Positions 12,193 to 25,400 of a DNA stretch of 64,000 bases are shown here, piece by piece. Source of the stretch: Stylophora pistillata (lineage: Eukaryota); NCBI RefSeq assembly GCF_002571385.2, contig NW_019218041.1:311231-375230 (forward strand). The letters run 5' to 3'. The translations under genes and the position numbers were made by a program. How positions within the stretch are numbered: position 1 is the stretch's first letter; each line of letters begins with the position of its first letter. Under the pieces are notes generated by a model. That model was not told where the DNA came from. It worked only from the letters and a program-made list of their open reading frames with translations, and searched no databases.

Positions 12193-15100
12193 ATGGATTT
12201 CTCCGCAGAGAAAACACGTACCGCGAGGGATAAAATACAATTAAGGAATATCAACATCATTACGGACATGGACAGTGATCGGCGGGTGAACTGTGTCAAT
12301 GTAAAGCCAGATAGCTCTTCTGTAAAACCTACGGAAAAATGTAGGACTTGGAAGAAGGCGATTAACCGCAAAATATCTGCTAGGCTAGAAGCTCCTGATC
12401 AGGCATTGCTTTCTTTCAGGGATTTCGACGCAGCTAAGAAATTTTACAAGCGGAAGATTAAGATGTTGTCAAGTGTTGCGTGTGTAATGGGACTGATCTC
12501 GGCCGTCTTAGCACTGGTGGATATTGAACTCACCACGCGCGGGAGAGTCTCTGAGGAAGAGCTATCACCAGGAGATTTACGTACGGCTCTTGATAATCCG
12601 TTCAGACTTGCAGCTGTAGTAGTGAAGTCCGTGTTGTCTGTCTTATCGCTGTTGACCTCCTTCACAATTTATCGCATGTATGTGAACGAACTTAGCTACT
12701 TAATTGTCAGGAACATTTACCACGAGTCAGAGAGATTTGTTATGACTTCACTTTTTCCCACCTGTTTGGTAGAAGTGGCTCTTTGTCTGTTTCATGTTCC
12801 TCCTCTGTTAGACTACTATGGCATGCCTTATGAACTTCAGCTTTTGGTTTTCCTAAGATTATATCTCATGGCAAAATACGTAAAAGAACACAACATGTTT
12901 GTAGACAATCATGCCACAGCATTGTTCGCATCTGTGACACAAACGGAGATCTCGTCCATTTTCCTGATAAAAGCCTACTTTTTGAAGTTTCCTTTCAAAA
13001 TGGTATTTACATTTTACTCCCTCAACATTTTCTTGGGTGGCTATTGTGTTTACGTTATCGACAGGGCCCACAATACTTATTTGGTAAGTTTGAAAACTTT
13101 TTTTTTTCTAATTTTGTCTAGTCGTAATTTTTACTCAGGCTAAAATAATTGTCGAGGTCGTCCGAATACAAACCAGTATGTTTACTTAGATGGCCATTTA
13201 AGCCGTCTAGGGCGCCTTCATGCGCCGACAAACCAAACGCAGGTTTGTGAATGAGTAATTTGTTTACTTTTCGAATATGAATTCCGGTGCAAATGATATA
13301 TGAAGCGTCGGGTTATGGTGCCCTGGGCGAGTTTAGTACTTTATTACTCGACAAACGTTTGTTTTAGAAAGAGATATAATGGTTTCAGTTTCAACACTCT
13401 GACTAGTTTCTATTCCAAAGTTTTAATTCGTCATGACCCCATTAAGGATGAGGCAACTAGTTTCAAATTTCAGAACTGCTTCTCTGTTTGCAGTAAATTC
13501 GTTACTTTATATTCAATAATCTCGCACGTCCAAAAATTACGCCTATGTGTATGGTGTAAAATGTTTTATCTGTTAATCTTGATGCATCTACCACAGCTGG
13601 GGCTGGAGTGATTAAAAATTGAATAGTTCTTTATCAAGCCCACCTCTATTGTAATTCTAATAAGTTTTTTTGTGCTACAACAAGTTACTCTTTTCTTAAA
13701 CAAAGCGCTGACAGCAAATTAAACGACCCCATGCTTCGCAAAGAAGAGAAAGTAAATTCAGTTTTTTGATCAGTCAGCCTGGCTGTTGTTCGTTAAGCTC
13801 TTATCTCCTGTTGACACTCAATTCAGCGCTATCTTGCACTTCTCGTGGCGACCTCTTGCCTTCAAATATCACAAACAACGAACCGGTGTCTGAGGCTACT
13901 TCTGTTGGTCAAAACACATTAAGAAAAAGAAAATTACGCGCCTAAACGATGGCGAACACGCTGTTGTGTATTTGGAAATAAAGCGGCGATGGCCAGAGCT
14001 GAAAACAACTTTCACAGTGATGAGGTAACTTCTTAAGAAGAAATAAAAGGCGCTGCAATCGAGATCTCCCATCGGCAGCTTAGACTCTGTCACAGGACGC
14101 ACGGAAGCTTCAAAGAATTCGGAGAACGCTAGATTGCCTCTTCTTCGAAAACAAACATTTATGACTTCGTGATGTTCACGTGTCCAATGTAAAATGAGGA
14201 AATCAAAATGTAGTAAGCGTCTGTACAGAGCTAAAAATACTTTTTTCGTACTTAAAAGGCTACTAAATATCATGTACAGTCGTACAGCCATCAATCCCTT
14301 CCTTGAAAGTAAGTATTTAGAACGTTTCCGTTTCAGTACGCATGAATTATACTAAAATCTCGTCTTTGCCTATGTTATCAAGTCGTAGTTCTTACAAAAA
14401 AAACTAAGAAAACAACAATGAGTAATAGCTTTGCACGCACCGTTAAAGGGGTGCAAAACTCGGTGAAAATAAACGTGCACCAATGGTCAGATATACTCTT
14501 TTTGTGCGTTTGGTTCTGCAACTAGAAATTGATAGTTGGTCTTGTAAGCTTGTAAAGGAACTTAATTGGAGTACACGGGTTGGTGGTAATGCAGAAGAAG
14601 CTGTTAGATTTAGGGGAACAATGAGTGGGCTTGCTATAAAAGCTTACTTTGTTTGGATGACTTTTGTGTAAAACAATAGAGCGCTGTTGGTAATAAAAAC
14701 GATGAAGCAGTCGTTCTTAAGTAACTCTATAAACTAATTTGCTTGCTGGGTTTGCAAACATGCTTGCATATGTGGCGCTGTAAGGTATTAAAGATTTTTC
14801 CGTGTTCAGTAAAGGGGATTAATGAAGAGGTATAAGAAGAAAAATCGAAATATAAAACACTGGTTAGGGAAGGTTCCATTCATGCGAAAACTTGAAAAAA
14901 AAATCCACCATGGGAGCTCTCAGACTCGTTGAACTTTCAAACTGAAATTTGAAGCATTTGTATGACTCCCAAACGCTTTCATAATCATACACTGGAGAAA
15001 TGAGTATTCTCTGGTAGGATAAGTAGTTAACAATATCTTTATTCGTTATCGTGGAACAGCAGGGAATCTACCTAGGATAGCTAACACACCTTGTTAATTT

Positions 15101-18100
15101 CGCTAACTGGCATGCAAATTACTCGCTCAAATATTTGGTGCATGGAACGAATAACCTTTTTTCAAAATTAAAACTACAAAGGTGCAAGGGGTTCCGATCT
15201 TTTGACTTGCTAATTCTTTAACTCGTGACATTTCTAGATGAACCATAGAAATTAAAAACAAATTGGGTGAACCATTTCGCTAACTAGTTTCAAAACAAAC
15301 CTGGAGTTACATCTAATGAGACTAATTTGTACCAATTAGGGTCTAACCTCCTTTGGAGCAGAACACTATCGAAAGCGAAATTCAAATAACACCGATATTA
15401 ACAATTTTGACGCTCATTTTTTAAGAATAAATTATTTAAAAAAATACTTTTACTCCTCTTGCCATAAACTGAATAGTAAGACGAATTATGTTTTTAGTCT
15501 AAATGTAATCGTGATAAAGAATCGTCGTCTGAAACCATGGTGTAAAAAAAAAAAAATACACAATCATGCAATGTTAAATTAACGATATAAAATGTCGCTT
15601 GTAACCATATAATACATAGGACCCCAGGTTCTCGTGTTTTGGGATCAATGTTCTGCCCCTCGGCACTAATCGATTGAATACGACCTTGACTACAAAAACA
15701 GTGGGGCATTTGAAAAACTAATTCGAGCTTATTTAGTGTACCAAGTTAGTCTTATTGGTTCAATACACTAGTTGAATACATTGCTTAATCGCACGCCTGG
15801 CGCTATTATTGCCACATATTTTAATAATTTTGAGCTGTGCCTGAGGTATTTACAATAACACGAATTAGAAACACAGCGGAAGGACTTCAAAAAAGCCGGT
15901 ATTATATGTCTTTCTTTATTAAAAACAAAACTCACAAATTACGAAAACAGTTCCTTCAAATTAAGCGAATACTACAATCGAGACAAAACAGAATAGTTTT
16001 ATCCTTATTCCATATTCAATTTTAGGTAGATAAATTGCAAGCTAGTAACCATATTAATTTATTTCTAAAATGTAAAACGAAATAACTTTTACCTTTGTAG
16101 CAGGTGATTTTGCTCTGCGGGCACAAAATTACCTCTCAGCGTAAATTTCACCAACGTCACTTTTTTTTTTATCTATTTCACCATTTATTTGAGAGAGGTT
16201 CGGAAAAAAAAGCGAGTTAAATTTTGTTCTTCAATATTTGTGTGCGTTTTTTTTTGCGTTTCCTTCCCTATTTCTCCCCCCCCCCTCCCTTCCTCGCTGT
16301 TTCCTTACGTGTTCTCTACCTTTCTCAGTACATAAGGTCTCTAAGATCTGAACAGGACTGTTGTCAGACATTGGCTGATATTTCGATAAGACTGGTAAGC
16401 GGAAGTCACCATCAGAGTTTACTCGACTCTGCTGATGGGGAATGGGATGCAAAGAAAATTCATGAAAAAACAACGCCTTAATGCTGGTCAAAGGACAATT
16501 ACATCCAAGTGATTAACTACTTTGAACTATTTTTTAAAACTGCACGTTAAGTCTCTGTGTGAAACGTATCTTCAAGATTGTATTGCGTATTCTAAATTAC
16601 GTTTAACCTTTCTTGAAATGCACCATCAGGACACTGTTTGGATGCTCGTTGTCACCATGACAACGCTTGGGTTTGGAGATGTAGTACCTAAAGCCATCTT
16701 AGCCCGTGCGTTTGTTGGATTTGCGTCGGTGTTGGGAATATTCCTCATGGCTCTATTCATAAGTGTCGTACATGAATCCCTTCAACTTAAACAACAGGAG
16801 AAAAGAATACTAGCGACCATGGAGAATGCTGGTAATTTAACTCACTCATTTTTTCTTTTCATTTCTATTGTTGTTGCAGTATTATTGTTTCTGTTCAATA
16901 TGACACGAATTGACACGAATATAATACGAATTGAACTGACTTCTCTGTTCGTGTGAGTCTCTGATTAAATCAGTTGAACTTGGTAGTGCCTTGAACAGTT
17001 CATTTAAATTCTAACCAACTTTGCAAGGAAATGAGGACTTGATTGGCCAAGGGGGCCTTTTTTCTTCACTCAAAACAAAAACACACTGTGCTAAAGTCAT
17101 GTGAAGGTAGAAGCAATGTATAAGGACTTCAACGTAACTCTGTTTTCTCCACGCATTGTTCAGTATGAGAGGTTATCTTTCTTGTAGATCACCATTCGTT
17201 GAAAAAGAATCTTGCAGCCACGTGCATACAAAACACATGGAGACTATATCACTTTATACAGGAGAACACAGAAGCCCTCGTGATGGGAGACTGGTTCAAG
17301 TCTCAAAAGCTCAGAATGTTTCAACACAAACTTGCGGAAAGCGTGCGGCGGTGGAGGATCGTAAGGAAAAGCTGGTCAAGAGGTACGTGTTAGCATTTTT
17401 GAACGGGGGTGGGAAGTAAAACTTCAGTTGTCAACCCTAAACTAAAGCCAACGAAAGCCTCTAATACGATTTACAGAGCGTGGAATTATTTTAATCACTA
17501 TGTCTTCGATAGCATCCAAGCAGGAACATGTCTACAGTTATAATAATAGGAAAAGACATGCTATTTAACGAACAACATAACTGACTTCTTTTAGGCCCGC
17601 TACAGTTGGCGAGCTAACAGAATAAGCAAATAAAGCATACAGCACGCATCATATTTTCTCTGTTTTAACCAAGAAGAAGTCTTACCCATGTCGCAGAGAA
17701 CTCGACTTCTGGTCTTCAAAATTCGAATGAACACAATTAAATTATTGGTGACCTTTTTATCATCTCGAATACATAGACACTACAGTCTTAACAGTGTTCA
17801 CCGCAGAGCACCATAATCGCAAATACCTCAGGCTAGTCAGAGAGCTTAAATTGTTGACGAGAATACAGCTCGTTAGGATGCAGTTCCGGGTCCATAGAGA
17901 GGTTCTCTGTCCTCGAATACCAGAAATGAAGGGTTCATATCTGGTTAGTGGCGTAAATCAGTGGCTTCTACTGATTGAGCTGTTTGCCGGCAGGAACGGA
18001 CGTCGATAGAAACCTGATAAAGCATCACTTTCCTTCTTATTACACACGTGAACTTGCAGGAGTCCAGTTATCATTCCATACTTTTTTGCCAAACTTTCAA

Positions 18101-18950
18101 CAGATGACTATTGGAAGAAGTTCTTCCTGGCTGACGACATTGCTATGTTGCTAACTGACGTGTCAAGGAGTATCGGGAACGTGGAAGATTTTCTCCAGAA
18201 GCAAAATGGCGGGCGGCGTACTAGCAGAAACTCGTTGAAAAGCATTGCATCTCCACCTACCATATTGGAAGTAAGTAAACTGACTTTTTCGGAAAAAAAA
18301 AAGGCTAAACCTGCATTTATATATACGCACACTGGATAAGTAGCAAAAATGTGATGACCGGGATTAAGAAATACTGACTACGCGGAGATTTAGCGTTTTC
18401 TCGTAACTTTTGTTTTGGGAATTTACAGGAGGAACCGTCCGCGGAGCCAACGCAAAGGGACCAAAACAGAAAAATGCAGGCAGTATTGGTCGACTCGTGG
18501 CGGCCTTCAAACTTCGGACAAGCTAATGAATCCCCAGCCTCGACGAGACGTACACACTCGGACACGGGTCACACCCATCCGGGACATCTCCAACACCTCT
18601 CATTAACTTACAGTCCTGACAATCACACGTCAAATGGAAAACTGAACGACCTGAGAGAACATGGGCGGGTCACGCAACTTACTCGTCGGTCACGGTTAGA
18701 AAGTGATCCAATCGACAGAGGATATTTGCCTTCAGACGATCTTCAGGGAAAAGTAGAATCACTTGAGAATTCACTCGATCAAATTTATCGGAAAATGAAG
18801 ACCGAGCTCGGAGACGTTAGAGAGTCGATAAGGAAGATAAACAGATATTCAGCTGGGTCGAGTTATAGTATGAGCCCGTCACCGTCCACAAAAAACAATA
18901 ACATGTATCCCTGTCGATATCCACGAACAACTGACCATGTCGACGTATGA
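12193..18950 (+). CDS. Small/intermediate-conductance Ca2+-activated potassium channel (KCNN/SK-like), ~658 aa, 5 coding exons
   Basis: Exons 12193-13083, 16630-16831, 17188-17382, 18104-18270, 18429-18950, all GT-AG with compatible phases (1977 nt). Six TM segments; S3 end VEVALCLFHVPP; S4 LVFLRLYL (SK consensus MFLRLYL); pore WMLVVTMTTLGFGDVVP; CaM-binding helix KNLAATCIQNTWR. The paralog cannot be assigned. Confidence 0.88.
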
Positions 18951-21658
18951 CAGAACAGGGAAGAAAATAATAATCCAGCAGAGAATAGTTTCAAGTCACG
19001 TTCAGTTGCTGATTTCGTAAAAAATGCTTCATTTTGAACAAACCTGGCAAAAGATAAAACAATTTGCTGACGAAAAACGCCCAATTTGATCACTTTTGTG
19101 GACGATATTCCCCGTCTTTGTTCTCCATAATCGGACATATATGAAAAAGAGATTACCGTGCGTCACACTGGCGCAGCACAGCTCTTACCCTCTTTCCTAA
19201 GTTTCTGTTTTTTTTTTTTAAATCAAATGTTTCATTGTCTGAAAGACTCGAAATAAGCTGGTAGCCTAAAAGTAATCTTTGTTCAACAAGAAAATTTTAT
19301 TTTCAGCACAGGAAAAAATTGGATTGAGATCACTAATGCAAGAAGAGATATGAGAGGGGGTAAAGTAGTTTATATTTACGTCGTACATAACGATAAACTA
19401 AAAACAGAGCCATAGGTATTAAAGTTTACCAAATCAAAGTCATGCAGGCCATGAGATTTGAGAGATTAATCATGCCAGGAAATTACATACATTTTTAAGA
19501 ACATTTAGAGTAACTGGGAGGAGCTTCCGCGCTAATAGCTGAGCTAAAGAGGAAAGGAATGAGTAGATAGCACATTTGTCTTTTGAACCCTCCATTCCTC
19601 CATTCATTTGCAATCAGAGAAGGGTCAAGCTACCTTTACTTCTACCTAATCCATGTAGTTCGTGCAGAACATTGATAAAATAATAACAATACTAAGAGAG
19701 AGCAAAAAAGAAAAAAGCAATTAGAAATGATCAAGGAATTAGTTTGTAAAGAAACTGTGGAGCCATCTTAGCAGATGAAACAACGCGTAGTTAATAACGG
19801 TAAATTCTCATATCTTACTTGAAGAGCAGGAGTCTCCGTCAGAAGGGAGTAGAACATTCTTAGTTCCTTATAAGGAGAGGAGTACGAATTGGACACTACC
19901 TGGGAAAACGTTTTGACCAGCGACAGGTCGGTGATCTTTGTGGTTCACCCCAACGTTACCTGTTAAACTGATCTTGAAACAACCCGATGTTTTAAGAACT
20001 GAAAGTTGTATGTTACATATACTGCCATTTTTATTAACTTAAATAGTTGAATTGTATATAGTAGAGTTTTGTACTGATAAAACGTTTACAATCAATTTCT
20101 ATGGCTCCAAGTACTTAAGATAAAATTATGATGATAGACGCATTTAAGTCCACTGAATTCATAAATTTCACTGCGAGAGAACTGAATAAGACGAAATTTT
20201 CTTTGAACTGGGTGGGATACATGTCCTAGAAGTAACTGATAACCCTGAGAGACTTCACTGCTGTCTCAAGACTAACTTTAACATGACAATGCAGGGATCA
20301 AATTAACAGAGAGCAACGCGTGAAACAGGAATCCTTCCTCCCCGTTGCGGAACTACGCTCCCCCTCCTCCTAGTTAGCAGAACAACTTTCATCGCCAGTT
20401 AGCAGAACAGCTCTTTCCTTAAAAGGAATTAAGCTTGGATTTCCCCTAGTCGGCTTGTTTGCCTCGATATTGTGGAAAAACGCAGCCAGAGATTGAAACG
20501 CTTGGGTTGGTTTCCATATGATCGATGCTAGGCAGTTGTGATACATAAGGCGATTTGGCAAGCTTTCTGTGCTTCTTGGGATACTTTGTATCTATTCTAC
20601 TAAGCCCGGTTTCCATACGATCGCCGCTGCCGACGAAGTTGTGATCTTTACATCGCAACAACTGCGATCGCTGAAGATCAGTTAGATCACCGAGAATAGG
20701 GGGTATCTGAAGGTTTTTCCCATTGCAAGTTTGCCCCCTACCACCTTTATAAACTCGCACCCCGAAGTACTACAAATTTGTTCTCACCATAATCAGTTCA
20801 CCTCCAAATCTTTCAACTCATCCCCTTCCGGAAAAACATATTCCTTTTTTGTAGAATTCAGAATATACTTCGATCAACATGCAAGTTTTTTTCTGAGTCA
20901 GTCACTAAAATGTCTATGACTTGTCTCATAACCTGCTTCCTTAGGTTTGCAGAACGCGAATTCAATGAAGAACTAGAATGATTTGTTACACTCTTCTGAG
21001 GATGTCAAATGGCCGTGCACAACAATTTCTGTTTCTCCGTGATGTGTTCTTGCTTGTGATAGCAAGATCAGAAGTCTGGGGAACTGATTCCTGTCAATGT
21101 GAGCTGTCCATGAAAAGATTCGTGACAAACAAACGAAATAAACCCATCAAACACCAAAGTAAGTGGAACAGCTTTATTTCTCGTTCCTCTCTCGTCCCAG
21201 ACACGTTATGCTAACTTGCGTATCAAGCACTTTATCATGCAAACTACATATAAGAGATCGTTCCATCTCATCTTGGTATTGTTAGAACCACTAGGGTTAC
21301 TGGGTTACCAAAACAAATTCTATCGCCCCATCCTTTTTCGTTTGAAGTGGTATTACTCATGCTACAAATCATAACTAACCACGCAGAAAATTTCAGTTTC
21401 ACTCTTCTTATTATTACTATCAGTCAAGTTGACCTTACTCAAGACCCCTTATGGTGTACAGCGCCTTTGCATGACTTTTTGTTTTCGTTGTTGATGTTGT
21501 TGTTCTTACATAGGTAACCCTCTATTTTCTCTGCCTTTCCGTGCCCCCTCCCCTCCCCTACTCTAACCCACTCTAAATTTCTCTCACTCTGGGCGATAAG
21601 CTGAGAGAAATGAGAATTTCTTTCGACAGCAGCGCTTATTTAAGGCTCTAGAGAAGAA

Positions 21659-21945
21659 GGCAGTGTGGCTGAGTGGTCGGCGTGTCGGACTCGCAATCCG
21701 CCGCTCCCGGGTTCGAGTCCCGCCCAGACCACTACCTTGATTTGTTTCACGATAGCTCCAAGTTCAAATCCTCGGCCATGCTTGTAAATAGCCAACTGGT
21801 TTGCCTTCGGTCAGTTGAGATTCTTAATAATGTTATTCTCAATTTGAATTATTTGTTTCAGTTGTTTGGTGGAAAACCTGTAAACTAGCTTTTCAGCTAA
21901 GTGTTTCTACCCACTTTAAATAAGGATTATTATTATTTATTATTA
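21659..21945 (+). mobile_element. tRNA-derived SINE
   Basis: Pol III A box (gtggctgagtggtc) and B box (ggttcgagtcc) in a tRNA-like head, an unrelated body, and an AT-rich (tta)n tail. Confidence 0.8.
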
Positions 21946-22428
21946 AGTAGCCACTATTCTAGACACACTGTGTCCTATAAAAATATTGGGTGCCTGCGCC
22001 TTCATTTACATATCAACGGTGTAAAGGGTGCTTTGCCACCGGTAACAATATCCCTGTGCACGCGCGTTTAGAGCTTAAACTAATAAAGAACCCTGGCGCA
22101 ACCGATCTCTCATCCATGCTTTTGATCAAATTTCTCTCAAATCGGAGAGAGTTCAGTTCACTACAGTATAACATCACAAGTTTTTTGTTCTTCATTTCCT
22201 ATTGTGCGGTCATAGCTTTCGCTGACCCTTTCTCGTCTTTCCATCAGTCCACATGATATAACGAAGGGTGGAGGTGCAATATCTGGAGCCCTTCTAAAGA
22301 ACTGCATTGACATCCAAAATCGTTCTCTAGAGTTAGAAAACTTGATATCCTCTACTACAGTGAGCCAAGACAGAGTCCAAGTTTTCCAAACCCGAGGTTT
22401 CCATTATTTAGCAGCACTGTACTGGTCT

Positions 22429-25400
22429 TTACGGGAAAGACGAGGTAGATGAAGAAGATGATGCCCTTGTATGTTTTTCCGACGTTTCTTCTTGCTCGTC
22501 GTATTTTAAGGTGGGACGGAGAGACGCTCGGGTTAGTCCCCAAAACTTACTGGGCGACAGACCCTTTTTAACCGCAGTGAAACGCCATCCTAAGTGGTCA
22601 GCGCACTGTGCACATTCAGCTATAGTCCAAGCATACCTAAATAAAACAAGGGCAAAAACGTTATCTCCTCGTGGTGTACACTGAATTTGCTTTGCTCGTA
22701 ATCCACCTCTATTTTGTCCCAGAATTTCAAGTTCTCTTTCAAACTGCGCACTTCTTCAATTACGAGCATCTCACCGACTATCAGTATCAAAGTATTTCCG
22801 CATGTTAGTACTACCCTTAGCTCCGCTTTATGAGGTTTGCTTCCTTACCGGGATAGATAAGGTTTGAAAGAAGGTAAAAGTGAGTGGAAAACCTCATAAA
22901 AATACACAGAACAAGAAAATTAGACAAAGGTTACATCTGTCAAGGTTAGCAGCATCTGATGGGGATGGGTTGGGGGAGATACCGACTTACCCTGGAAACC
23001 AACTGTTCTGTGCGGTGGGTTTTCCTCTGAGTCTGATGCCGGAGGCTCGATAAAATGTTAGCGTTTCGTGCACCCAGCCATTCGGATTCACATAAGCACC
23101 TAACGGACCATCCAAGGACATGCTGAAAAATAATATAAAAATACTGAACAACGACTCGACTTCTAACTGAGTTTAAAACAACCAGATGATAACAGTTGGA
23201 CATAACTTTCACCCCTGTTGCAGTAAGGTATTACTATGCAACAACTTATCATTGAGACCAAGGTAAAAATGATTTAAAGAAAAGCCTGCTCCAAGGTTTA
23301 TTAATCAGCCCTCTCCTTCGTATGCATTATGTGTAGCGGTAACCGAGAAATGGGAAAAAATATGGCTATTTTAGGACAAACGTTCTTACACATACCCAAG
23401 ATTCCTTTACATCAACCGTATAAATCGCAAAAAAGCGAAAGGTTGTCACTTGGCAGATATGTGGAATGCTCTCTAACTTTCCGTCGATTGGGAACGATAT
23501 TACTGAAGAGAGTTTCATGGAACTCTGAGAATCATCATTTGAAACAATTCTCTGGAAAAAAATTATGTGATGTTCAGTTAGACTGGTTTGAACTAACCAC
23601 ATGACGGCTCACCTGAATAAATCGCTTTTTCCTACGATCTTGGTATCACAACTGCTACAGCACAACACGCTACACTGTAAGACAAAAATTGGGACATAAG
23701 GTGTGAATCCGAAAGGACGGGTAATCAATCGATGGTGGGTACTTCCTTATTTTGAAACACGTTAACATCCAGTTAACTAACGAAACCAAGGGTTATTGAG
23801 TTTGCGAAAACTTGTCTTCGTTGGGACTTAGAAACGGGAATTAATGTAAGTAAAAAATTTGTAATTAATTATATCTATAGAGAAATTATGAAAATTTGCA
23901 ATGAAACATCTCTGTATATTTTTGAAAATATTATGATTTGTAATATAACACCTCCAAATTTCGCCGTTAACTAACCTCGAATTATTCGCTTTGTACATAT
24001 ATGCATATAAGGGAATCAGTGACCTCGCGATTAATTAACTGCGAAATGTTCGTCTAAATATATGAGGGAATCGGTGACTTCGCGATTGATTAACTGCACA
24101 ATGTTCGTCTAAATATATGAGTGAATCGGCGACTTCGCGATTAATTAACTGCGAAATGTTCGTCTGAATATAGTAGGAATCAGTGACTTCGCGATTAGTT
24201 AACGGCGAAATGTTCGTCTGAATATGTTAAGGAATCAGTGACCGCGATTAATTAACTGCGAAATGTTCGTTCGGGAATCGGTGACTTCGCGATTAATTAA
24301 CTGCGAAATGTTCGTCTGAATATAGTAGGGAAGCAGTGACTTCGCGATTAATTAACTACGAAATGTTCGTCTGAATATAGTAGGGAAGCAGTGACTTCGC
24401 GATTAATTAACGGCGAAATGTTCGTCTGAATATGTTAGGGAATCAGTGACTTCGCGATTAATTAACTGCGAAATGTTCGTCTGAATATATGAGGGAATCG
24501 GTGACTTCGCGATTAATTAACTGCGAAATGTTCGTCTGAATATATGAGGGAATCGGTGACTTCGCGATTAATTAACTGTGAAATGTTCGTCTGCGATAAA
24601 AGGGCAAGACTCGAGGCACGGTCATCCAGGAAAAAGTTGGGAGAGGCAATGATTGGCAAGAGAGTTGAAGTGGAATATGAGGAGAAAGTTGATGGGGAAA
24701 CAAAGTATCTTGGATGGATACGTGGAACTGTTATGGAATATGACAAATTTAAGGGCTATCTTGTTCAGTTTCCAGATGATGTGGACTGGAGACTGGAGTC
24801 TCAGAAGCAAGGACGTACGAATTTTAGAGTAGTGCTTTTTTTGTTCTTTTCAACATAACGGGGCACTGTGCCAAAAGAGTTAAATCATGGGAGGGACAAT
24901 TCTAACAATCGTTGTTTTGAGCAACACCTTGTGGAACTTTGAGTCCTCCCGGAAATTTTGAAGATCCTTCCGAGTGTTTCGGTGACATTCTTGTAAAATG
25001 TCAAAACTTTGCTCTTTTTTTCTGCAGTATCCCAGAAATATGTCATATTTCCCATCAAAAATCCCGAGTCTTCTCGATTCTTTTGTTTTTCTCCCTAATA
25101 GGCCTTGTTAGAGTTGTCACCCCCTATTGTAACCTCCTTTTTTAGTTCATCAATTTGTTAAATTTTGCTTAAACGATAGCCAGACTCGCCTTAGCGTAGA
25201 GATACCAAGGCTCTGCACTGTTATTGCAACTGCTACATGTCGTAATTACTTTTTCAACCAAGCTTTAACATTGTTTTTTTCCCTTATCGCTAATGGTATC
25301 CCTAAGTTCTCTCTCTAAAGTACGTCACCCTTGCACACACTAAGATTAACATTAACTGAGTAGAAGCTTGATCGTTCACTTTTAGATACTAAATCAGCAG

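Noticed and set aside
21659-21735. tRNA gene
   Set aside because: The tRNA-like head continues into a body and (tta)n tail, so it is a SINE.
24011-24593. CRISPR-like array (palindromic repeats at regular spacing)
   Set aside because: There are no unique spacers: whole 55-bp units are homologous. The context is a eukaryotic intron with no cas genes, and the array is mirrored as an inverted copy, so these are subterminal transposon repeats.
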